From Candidatus Harpocratesius repetitus (GTDB lineage Archaea; Asgardarchaeota; Lokiarchaeia; Sigyniarchaeales; Promethearchaeaceae): a stretch of 32,000 nucleotides of DNA. Positions 9,134-17,102 of the stretch are shown here, one piece after another. Each line of letters opens with the position of its first letter. Positions within the stretch are counted from its first letter, which is position 1. The stretch is taken from the NCBI GenBank assembly GCA_021498095.1, contig JAIZWK010000001.1, forward strand, positions 4,170,001-4,202,000, written 5' to 3'. The position numbers and the translations under genes were made by a program. A model generated the notes under the pieces. It did not search any database, was not told the DNA's origin, and saw only the letters and a list, made by a program, of their open reading frames with translations.

Positions 9134-9285
9134 TAATTTAATACATTGTAATTTCCCTTTTTTTTATAGCTTTTAAGAAATAACAGTGTCGAATAACTCA
9201 ATCAAAAAAGTTACTCGAATGATATAAGTACAAACATATATATTTTTATATTCTATACTTCTTATAGAAATTTATGTAAAAATGC

Positions 9286-11007
9286 ATGTATCAACTAACT
9301 TTCTTATCGGTAACGAAGAAAATGGTAATAGATTCACTAAGATCCTATTTTGAATCATCTTTTGATGGTTTTCTGGTAATTGAGAGCAATGGAAAAATTA
9401 TTTATGCAAATTCTCACTTTTCAGAAAAAACAGGATTTTCAAAGTTTGAACTTTTTCAAATGAGTGCTGCTGATATTTTCCTTGACTATGACCATGATTT
9501 TTTATCACAATATCTTTCAAATATGCAAAAATCACGAGAATTTAAGGAAATATCCATAAAAACTAAGATAAATAAAAAAAACTCTAATCTCAAGGTGAAA
9601 ATATGTGTATCTGAAATTCTATGGGAAAAGGAAAGACATTATTTAATTTGCATCAGATTTAACTCTTTTATTAATAAATACGAACAAATAAGTGAGCTAA
9701 CAACTAAAGAAGTTCTAAAATATTTAGATATTGTTGGAGTTATTATATTAGAACTAGATTCTATGGGTAGAATAAAACTACTGAATAAATTTGGTCAAAA
9801 TCTTTTAGGAGTAAGTGAAAACGAAATTATTGGTTTATCATGGTTTGATCATTTTCTTCCAAAGAATGAAGCAACTACCACTCGGGATGTATTTTATCGC
9901 TTGATGAAAAATGAAATTGAACCTGTAAAATATCACACTAACTCAATTCTGACAAAAAATAAAGGTGTGCGCACAATCAAATGGCATAATTCTATTATTC
10001 GAAATTCTAAAGGAAAAATTATGGGAACATTAAGTTCTGGGATGGATATCACTAATTTACTCGAAATTCAACATAATTTAGAAAAAAGCCGTGAATTTCT
10101 ACGCATAACTTTAAATTCATCCCCAAATGCAATTACAACGACTGATCTCAACGGAATAATTATTAATTGCAATCCAGCAACAGTGGAATTATATCGAGCA
10201 GATTCTGAGGGAGATATTATCGGTCGGAATTCCTTGGATCTAATAGCTGAAGAAGATCAAGAATTAGCACTGCATAATATGGAAAAAACACTTAAGACAG
10301 GAAACTTGAAAAATGCTCCTTACATATTACGACGATTCGATGGCACTACTTTTCCAGGCGAAATTTCTGCCAGTGTCATTTATGATTCAAAAAAAAACCC
10401 AATTGGTTTTGTTGCAATTACAAGAGATCTTACACACCAATTAAAAATGGAAGAAATTCAATTACAAAATCAGAAATATGAAGCATTATCATTAATGGCT
10501 GGTGGAATTGCTCATGATTTAAATAATTCACTAATGATAATTGGTGGAAATTTGAATATTATAAAATCTGAAATTGATTCGCCACCTATTCTTGAAATGC
10601 TGAACGATATTGAAAGTGCTATTGAGAATGCAAAACAAACCATTAATTCTTTAATGTTTTATGGAAAATCTACTTCTGTAAATAAGCGAATTTATGATAT
10701 CAATCAAATCATCCATTCTGCAGTTAAATTTGTTTCACATTCAATCTCAGAAATAGAACATTCAATCTCAGAAATAGAAGACGGGTTTAATTCAGTAAAG
10801 AGTGAGAGTGATGATCTAGGAGTACTTAATCAATTGATTCCGACAGTTACTAGAGTTTTTTTGAGAGAACCTCCAACAAATTCGTTTCTTCCCGAATCAA
10901 TACGAGATCAAAGAGGAATTGCAATTGAAGTAAATGAAACATATTCGTCAAGCTCAACGATCAACAATTCAATAGATCAATTTACAATTATGGGAATTGA
11001 CCTATAA
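9286..11007 (+). CDS. Triple-PAS sensor histidine kinase lacking the HATPase domain (truncated or chimeric)
   Basis: Three PAS/PAC units; H-box AGGIAHDLNN (His codon 10513-10515); no N, G1, F or G2 boxes; sequence is unrelated to kinases after about 10740. Confidence 0.75.
   Translation: MYQLTFLSVTKKMVIDSLRSYFESSFDGFLVIESNGKIIYANSHFSEKTGFSKFELFQMSAADIFLDYDHDFLSQYLSNMQKSREFKEISIKTKINKKNSNLKVKICVSEILWEKERHYLICIRFNSFINKYEQISELTTKEVLKYLDIVGVIILELDSMGRIKLLNKFGQNLLGVSENEIIGLSWFDHFLPKNEATTTRDVFYRLMKNEIEPVKYHTNSILTKNKGVRTIKWHNSIIRNSKGKIMGTLSSGMDITNLLEIQHNLEKSREFLRITLNSSPNAITTTDLNGIIINCNPATVELYRADSEGDIIGRNSLDLIAEEDQELALHNMEKTLKTGNLKNAPYILRRFDGTTFPGEISASVIYDSKKNPIGFVAITRDLTHQLKMEEIQLQNQKYEALSLMAGGIAHDLNNSLMIIGGNLNIIKSEIDSPPILEMLNDIESAIENAKQTINSLMFYGKSTSVNKRIYDINQIIHSAVKFVSHSISEIEHSISEIEDGFNSVKSESDDLGVLNQLIPTVTRVFLREPPTNSFLPESIRDQRGIAIEVNETYSSSSTINNSIDQFTIMGIDL
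10737..10779 (+). repeat. Exact 21-bp tandem duplication (HSISEIE x2)
   Basis: acattcaatctcagaaataga occurs twice in tandem. Confidence 0.95.
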
Positions 11008-11298
11008 AATCTTGCTAATAATGAGTTTAAGAATATTTTCTCCTTTCAAAACTCGTTTACATATGAATTAGGAACAAATGAAGTATTAATCGACTCAGAA
11101 ATGGCACTCTTGTATAATCTTTCTACGGGTGATACATTCAATGCATTTTCATTTTGGCAAGATTCAACAATTTATAATTATACTGGATTAAAAGTAGCCA
11201 GAATTTTTGAAATTCAAGATTTTAATCAGATGCTTACTGCTTTTTTTCCTTATGATTATCAACTCAGTCTAACTTCGAAAAATAAAAATAGTGGGTAA
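10780..11298 (+). pseudogene. Fragment of an unrelated gene, possibly a MacB/FtsX-type permease extracytoplasmic domain, interrupted by one in-frame TAA
   Basis: The same frame continues past TAA 11005-11007: FTIMGIDL*NLANNEFK...NEVLIDSEMALLYNLSTGDTF, resembling the MacB-PCD GID...EVLI...A..LNL..GD pattern. Confidence 0.4.
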
Positions 11299-11483
11299 AT
11301 CAATACGATTCTGTCCCAGTATCTACAGCGTTCCTTTATCAATTGCCATTATCTTATTGCAAATCTTCTTGAAAGTAAAGAAATTTTCTCAATTAATCGT
11401 AAGTATAATTTCCCACTAGTAAAATCATTTTTTTCATCATCTTTTCAATACGTTCATCTATTGATAATGTTAGCATTAAGAAA

Positions 11484-13463
11484 TCAATCTTTTTTTGCTG
11501 AGAATAAAACATCAAGTAAAATAATTGCAGTTACAGATTCAACTACTGGCAAAATCCTAGGAACAATACATGGATCATGACGACCGGGAATTTTTAGTTT
11601 TTCCATCTTTTTAGACTGAAGATTTAAAGTATTTTGCACCTTTCCAATAGATGCAGTCGGTTTGATAGCAATTTGAAAGGAAATAGACATGCCGGTGGAG
11701 ATTCCACCAATTATACCCCCCGAATTATTTGATTTTGTCTTGATTTTTCCATTCTCCAAAATGTATGGATCATTATGCTCACTTCCATACATTTCAGCAG
11801 CCCTAAATCCTAAACCAAACTCAATTCCACGAACTCCAGGAATACCAAAAATGGCTTGAGACAGAAGACTTTCTAATGATTGAAACCATGGATTTCCTAT
11901 GCCTGCTGGAAAATTATCTACAATGACATTTATTATTCCTCCAACAGAGTCTTTCTTGTTATAAGCTTGTTCAATCTCTCTTAGCATCTCTGAAGCGATA
12001 CTTGGATCAGGATTTCCAATAAATCTTTGAGATTTCGTAAAATGATTATTTACTGGAGAAAAATCATTTGGATAATTATCTATAGTGTTTATTTTGGAGA
12101 TTTTTTGTTTAAAGGAATCTCCCATAGTGCTTTGCGAAATCAGACGTTGTTTATTTAAAATTTTAAGCTTATTGATGGAATATTTGTGATCATCCTTGAT
12201 TTTTCCAATTTGAGAGATGTAGGCATAAATATGAATATTGCGAGTTGCAAGCAGTTGTAATGCAATTGCGCCTCCCATCACATAAACCGCAGATAATCTA
12301 CCTGAAAAGAATCCGCTGCCATTCAAATTTATATCTTTTCCAAAACGCAATCGTGCAGGATAATCAACATGAGATGGTCTAGGAATCTTATCGAATAAAC
12401 TATAATCCTTTGACCGAACATCCTTATTTAAAATGATTATGCGCAGGTATTTTTTTGATACAACAGATATTACAGAACCATCTGAATCACTTAAACCATC
12501 TGAATCACCTAAACCATTTGTAATTACGAATTCATCAAGTTCCTTACGTGGAGATACCAATTGGTGAAATCCAGGCCTTCTTAGACGCAACATCGCTTCA
12601 ATATGATCAAAATTTAATGAAAAACCTTTTGGAACTCCACTAATGATGCAACCTATCTTGTATCCGTGAGAAGTTCCAAAGCCTGAAACTGAAAAGATAG
12701 AACCGAGAGTCATACTATAAAAGATTGAATAATCAAGTAGAAAAGTGGACAAGGTTATTTGATTTGCTGCAGTCAGCATTTGGGGATTTAACCCGACATA
12801 TGTGAAAAAATTACCAAATTTCGCCCCTAAAATGCGGGAAAATTGAGAATGAGCCCCCATTCCAAATATAGTTAGATTTTTATCTGTAAATCTATTCCAA
12901 AAATAAAATTGAAACTGTTCTAAACGTTCAGCTTCTAATTCTGAATTAATTGACAACACAATTTTTGGATAGATACCTTGAATAGACAAGATTTCTTTCA
13001 TTTCATGCAACAGATGATCGAATTCTTTGGAAATAGATAAATGATGCGAGATAATGAACTTAGTATTATTTCTAGTTGAATGGAACAATTTATTTTGATC
13101 TGATTGTCGTAAATTTCTGATTTTTTGCCATAATGCAAGATTTTTAAATTCTATATCGATAAAATCATAATTACAAGCCATTGCTGCTTGAATTAATTCT
13201 AATCTCTGATTTATCGAAAAATTATACATACCACCTTCTTCTGGATCACGTATAGTTAAAATTAAAGGCTTTTTACTTTGATTTCTTATCATTTGCAGTA
13301 TTTTTGGATTACATTCTTCAGGTTTTAAATAATCCAGTCGCACTTCAATCACATCAATTTCTGTAACTGCGTTTATTTGAGAAATCTGTAATAATAATTC
13401 TTTTTGAGAATTAAACTTAAAGCATCCAACTAATTTCGATTTGATCTCTGTAATTTTTGCCAT
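11484..13463 (-). CDS. aroD-aroC: Fused type I 3-dehydroquinate dehydratase (aa 1-250) and chorismate synthase (aa 251-659)
   Basis: AroD: EVRLDYL, ILTIRDPEEGG, DFIDIE, ISHH, PKIV, FGMG..SQFSR, NQI. AroC: SHG, RRPG, PRKELD, PRPSH, NNSGGIIGGIS, KPTASI, GRHDPCIVPR. Confidence 0.92.
   Translation of the reverse strand: MAKITEIKSKLVGCFKFNSQKELLLQISQINAVTEIDVIEVRLDYLKPEECNPKILQMIRNQSKKPLILTIRDPEEGGMYNFSINQRLELIQAAMACNYDFIDIEFKNLALWQKIRNLRQSDQNKLFHSTRNNTKFIISHHLSISKEFDHLLHEMKEILSIQGIYPKIVLSINSELEAERLEQFQFYFWNRFTDKNLTIFGMGAHSQFSRILGAKFGNFFTYVGLNPQMLTAANQITLSTFLLDYSIFYSMTLGSIFSVSGFGTSHGYKIGCIISGVPKGFSLNFDHIEAMLRLRRPGFHQLVSPRKELDEFVITNGLGDSDGLSDSDGSVISVVSKKYLRIIILNKDVRSKDYSLFDKIPRPSHVDYPARLRFGKDINLNGSGFFSGRLSAVYVMGGAIALQLLATRNIHIYAYISQIGKIKDDHKYSINKLKILNKQRLISQSTMGDSFKQKISKINTIDNYPNDFSPVNNHFTKSQRFIGNPDPSIASEMLREIEQAYNKKDSVGGIINVIVDNFPAGIGNPWFQSLESLLSQAIFGIPGVRGIEFGLGFRAAEMYGSEHNDPYILENGKIKTKSNNSGGIIGGISTGMSISFQIAIKPTASIGKVQNTLNLQSKKMEKLKIPGRHDPCIVPRILPVVESVTAIILLDVLFSAKKD
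12476..12517 (+). repeat. 18-bp tandem repeat within the aroC half (GLGDSD/GLSDSD)
   Basis: aaccatctgaatcactta aaccatctgaatcaccta aaccat. Confidence 0.9.
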
Positions 13464-13476
13464 ACTATAATTTCCA

Positions 13477-14886
13477 CTATTTATTTAATGAAGTTAGAAG
13501 TTGAAAAAAGTTCGGACATGATTTTTTGACACACTCAGGATCTTTTATCCGCATTCCCTTAATTCTTAATCCAGCAATGGCAAAACCCATGGCAATCCGA
13601 TGATCGCCTTTAGGATCGATCAAAATTCCTTCGTAAAATTTCTGTGGTTCGATTGTTAAAGTGGTTTCAGTTAAGCTTACAATTGCACCTAAAGAAGTAA
13701 GATATTGCTCTAAAAGATGAAGACGATCGCTTTCCTTAAAACGTAAATGCCCAATATTGATAAAACGAGAAGTTCCTTCAGCGAAGAGTGCCGCAATTGC
13801 CAAAGGAATTACCAAATCGGGATAATCACCTAAATCGAGAGATAATGAATGAAGGCTTTCCATTTTTGAACGAGATAATCTGATTTCATTAAATTTTATG
13901 TCGATTTTACATCCCATTTCCTGCAAACAATTCAAAATATAGCGATCTCCTTGCAAAAATGAAGTATAATTAAAATGTTTCAAGTGTTTCAAGTGATTCA
14001 GGTTATTCAGATTCAGATTCAGATTATTCAGATTATTTAAAGGATGAAATTGACTAACAGTAGAATGAGAAGGTGAAATAAGACCTTTTATTGTAATACT
14101 GCCACCACATATTGCTCCTGCAACAAAGAAAAAAGCAGCAGATGAAAAATCACCATCAATCCACAAATTTTGGGCATGGTAGGGTTTTTGATTCAATACA
14201 CGAATATCAATTTCTTGGTTTAACAAATTTACAGAGACTTTTGCACCAAAAAGCTTCATCATTTCTACAGTTAAATCAATATACGGTTTAGAATGAATAA
14301 CGCCTTTTGAAACAATTTTAAGCCCATCTGGAAGATATGGCCCAATCAACAGTAAAGAACTTACAAATTGACTTGTTTTATCTGCTGAAACTTCGAAAGA
14401 ACCACCGAAAAATGGTCCTTGTATTTTAATCGGAGGATAGCCAGGAAAAAGGAGAAATTCGATATTCACACCACCTTCCATCAAAATATGGCATAAATCT
14501 TGTATTGGCCGTCGCTTCATCTGTTCATCGCATTTCAATACTACAGAATCGGAAAACAGAGAAACTAAAGACATAAAAAAGCGATAAGAAGTACCAGAAT
14601 TCCCAAGAAATATCTCGCTTTTTACTGAATGTAATGAAAAACAGCCTTTAGAACCATCAATGTATGCAGTATCACCATTTTTTTGAATTTTTATTCCTAA
14701 AGACTCTAATCCTTTAATCGTATGAATTACATCTTCACATAAAGAAAGATTATACAGTTCAGATCTTCCTTCTGATAAAGCTGCCAAAATAAGTGCCCGA
14801 TGACTAATGCTTTTTGAACCATTTATTTTAATACAACAATTTAAATTTTTCAAAGAACCAATAGATTTAATTTCTCGAATTGGCAT
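13477..14886 (-). CDS. aroA: 3-phosphoshikimate 1-carboxyvinyltransferase (EPSP synthase)
   Basis: GSKSISHRAL, LGNSGTSYR, RRPI, TSQFVSSLL, SKPYIDLT, DYPD, HLRFKESDR, DHRIAM. Confidence 0.96.
   Translation of the reverse strand: MPIREIKSIGSLKNLNCCIKINGSKSISHRALILAALSEGRSELYNLSLCEDVIHTIKGLESLGIKIQKNGDTAYIDGSKGCFSLHSVKSEIFLGNSGTSYRFFMSLVSLFSDSVVLKCDEQMKRRPIQDLCHILMEGGVNIEFLLFPGYPPIKIQGPFFGGSFEVSADKTSQFVSSLLLIGPYLPDGLKIVSKGVIHSKPYIDLTVEMMKLFGAKVSVNLLNQEIDIRVLNQKPYHAQNLWIDGDFSSAAFFFVAGAICGGSITIKGLISPSHSTVSQFHPLNNLNNLNLNLNNLNHLKHLKHFNYTSFLQGDRYILNCLQEMGCKIDIKFNEIRLSRSKMESLHSLSLDLGDYPDLVIPLAIAALFAEGTSRFINIGHLRFKESDRLHLLEQYLTSLGAIVSLTETTLTIEPQKFYEGILIDPKGDHRIAMGFAIAGLRIKGMRIKDPECVKKSCPNFFQLLTSLNK
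13976..14041 (+). repeat. Degenerate 9/6-bp tandem array within aroA (LNNLNNLNLNLNNLNHLKHLKH)
   Basis: tgtttcaag x2, tgattcagg, ttattcaga, ttcaga x2, ttattcaga, ttatttaaa. Confidence 0.9.
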
Positions 14887-14961
14887 GTTCTCGACTTTCT
14901 TTATTTATTTCTTCATTACACAGAAAATCATTTATACTATTATAAAGCTATCAAGATTTTA

Positions 14962-15276
14962 TTACTTTTTAGAACTATCTGGCATGCTAGCATGTTTTTT
15001 GCCTTGATTGATACTTTTTATTCTCTGTTGGTTTTTCATTTCTATTATAATTAAGGCAAAAAGATCATGCACAAATTCGGGATTCAAACCATATTCCTGC
15101 GCCAACTTACTGTAATGTTCAAACATTTCTTGCTCTCTTTCTGGTTGGAAAATTGGAAGATGGTCATTTTGTTTAATTTTCACTAATTGCGGAATTAACT
15201 GAAAGCGTTTTTGCAATAAATGAATGATTTGAAGGTCAATTTTGCTTATTTCTGCCCGTATTCTTGTGATTTCCAT
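14962..15276 (-). CDS. aroQ: Chorismate mutase, AroQ class
   Basis: IRAEISKIDLQIIHLLQKRF...KIK....PIFQPEREQEM...IFxxII signature; first gene of the aro operon. Confidence 0.9.
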   Translation of the reverse strand: MEITRIRAEISKIDLQIIHLLQKRFQLIPQLVKIKQNDHLPIFQPEREQEMFEHYSKLAQEYGLNPEFVHDLFALIIIEMKNQQRIKSINQGKKHASMPDSSKK

Positions 15277-15357
15277 GAAAATTCACTTAAAATGATATTG
15301 TAGTGATATTTAGGGAAAATGCTTTTTACACTTAATCATTGCCACCACAATAACTAG

Positions 15358-15386
15358 AAAGTTAATTTTATTAATATATTAACTTT
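15358..15386. promoter_or_regulatory. 9-bp perfect inverted repeat upstream of aroQ (operator or hairpin candidate)
   Basis: AAAGTTAAT-N11-ATTAACTTT. Confidence 0.35.
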
Positions 15387-15417
15387 GCTGGAAATAAGAA
15401 GAGAATTAATAATAGAA

Positions 15418-15465
15418 AAGAAAGATGGCGCCCGATCGGGATTTCCGTTTCCATTGTTATAACAG
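15418..15465 (-). repeat. Duplicated tRNA-Asp 3' end including most of the T-loop intron (distal attachment site)
   Basis: Identical to 19670-19718 except for a 1-bp deletion in the acceptor-stem run (ccc vs cccc on +). Confidence 0.92.
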
Positions 15466-15652
15466 CGAATCAGTAATTATCCACTGAGATTTTTGCAGAA
15501 TGGAGAAAAATTGCGGGTGTAATAGAAAAAAACAAAAAGATTTAATTCATCCCTTGCTTTGAAAATTCATCAGTTTCATCTCAAATTTGGAAAAAATTTC
15601 ATCAAAAGTATAAATTTTAAACAATAATAAAAATACATATTATTTTCATATT

Positions 15653-16885
15653 TTGAAATTAATTGTTGAATTAAAGCAGCGTTATTTGTTGTATCGTAAG
15701 TTGGAGATAGGAGATAATGATTTGCGGACAATGTTTGGATTGTCAATATTTGAAATTAGTACTCTTGACCGTTTAGCACCTTTATATAAAGAAATTGCAC
15801 AATTATTTATAGATGAGACCTTTCGAGATTTGAATGTGCTTGGAAAAACAATAGATTTATTCAAATATTTGCAAATCTCAAGCAGTGGTTATAGATATCC
15901 TCCTCGACGTACTACATTAGATATTCTAATTCGGTTTAAAGCAGCAACTATCGCAGGTTCCAGTAAGCAACTTAAATTAGCAGTTATGTTTGAGTGTTTA
16001 GGATTTGGAAAGTTAGCTTTTGGCGATTTATACGCACCTAAAAAAGATGCATTTGCTCTTCTCATGACTGCACTGGGTTATCCAATAATTTACACACCTT
16101 ACAGTGATGCAAGTTCAATCGGCGGATATTATGAAGATCTCGCGAGTACTCGCTATATTGGTCATATTGCACCTTATTTAAAGCAAAAATTTCAGGTGGA
16201 TGAGTACAGTCGAGCTTTGGCAATTGGATTGCATAATGGTTTGAATTATATGGAAATTTTCGAACGGATGTCCCGTACGGATGCAGCAACTGTTGTCGGT
16301 AGTGATGGACAGTCACATGCTCTACTTGATCAAGATGGAAACCCTTTGGTTGATGAGAACGGAAATCCATTAAATTGGTGGGAGGTTTTCGGATTTGATG
16401 ATCCAGAACAAGCAATAGCGCTTCAAGAGGCGTTTGGTCTGAAGGTGGATAAGGATAACGGGAATTTTGTCGAACCTATTGTGATTCGAAGGGTTGTTAA
16501 TGGGAAAGAGCAGTTTGAGATAAATGATGTTGCGTTTGATCACCGCACAATTTTATATGAAAAAAAAGATTCAAATGGAAAGCTAACAAAAACAATTCCA
16601 ATTTTGCATGATATGCGCCAATGGTGGGCGAATCTGCTCCAATCGGGAATGGCAGAATTCCAGCTGCCGATGATACCTGAATTTGCGCAGGAGTATAACA
16701 GCAAGAGGGCTTGGCTTAAGAAATTTTTTGCGATTGATTTGGGATATGGTGGAAAACCAAATAATATTATTCTCCAGCCATCAATTAATGAACTTCTTGC
16801 TTTATTCTTAAGAAATTCCAAGAAGATTCCTGTAAATCCATTTTATCCAATTGCTCAGTTAGATCCTCCTGAAGATCGGCTGTGA
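15653..16885 (+). CDS. Orphan 410-aa ORF, probably the C-terminal fragment of a larger gene
   Basis: Long open frame with no in-frame ATG near its 5' end (frame opens after TAA at 15611); visibly less AT-rich than neighbouring host genes; oligo-T at 16895-16900. Confidence 0.6.
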   Translation: MKLIVELKQRYLLYRKLEIGDNDLRTMFGLSIFEISTLDRLAPLYKEIAQLFIDETFRDLNVLGKTIDLFKYLQISSSGYRYPPRRTTLDILIRFKAATIAGSSKQLKLAVMFECLGFGKLAFGDLYAPKKDAFALLMTALGYPIIYTPYSDASSIGGYYEDLASTRYIGHIAPYLKQKFQVDEYSRALAIGLHNGLNYMEIFERMSRTDAATVVGSDGQSHALLDQDGNPLVDENGNPLNWWEVFGFDDPEQAIALQEAFGLKVDKDNGNFVEPIVIRRVVNGKEQFEINDVAFDHRTILYEKKDSNGKLTKTIPILHDMRQWWANLLQSGMAEFQLPMIPEFAQEYNSKRAWLKKFFAIDLGYGGKPNNIILQPSINELLALFLRNSKKIPVNPFYPIAQLDPPEDRL

Positions 16886-17102
16886 GTTACTGTGTTTTTT
16901 CAATTTTAAAATTATTTTAATTTTTTCAATTTTTGGAACAATGTGGTAATAATTATGCATAAAATCACAGGAGCGTTAAATTTAAAATGGAAAACTCTAT
17001 CGTTAATGTATATATATGTATACTTATAATAAATTTCATTAATATATTTTTGAAATTGGTTAATAAAGCAATAGAAATTAAATATTATAAGTGAGAAATA
17101 AC

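Noticed and set aside
11005-11007. Recoding (Sec/Pyl) of the in-frame stop in the kinase chimera
   Set aside because: The codon is TAA, not TGA or TAG; a nonsense mutation is simpler.
11101-11298. 65-aa ORF as an independent gene
   Set aside because: It is in frame with, and continuous with, the sequence upstream of TAA 11005, so it is part of a pseudogene fragment.
15418-15465. tRNA 3' fragment as a trans-spliced split-tRNA half
   Set aside because: It has a 1-bp deletion in the acceptor strand, lacks a distinct complementary leader, and an intact cis copy exists; a degenerate att site explains it better.
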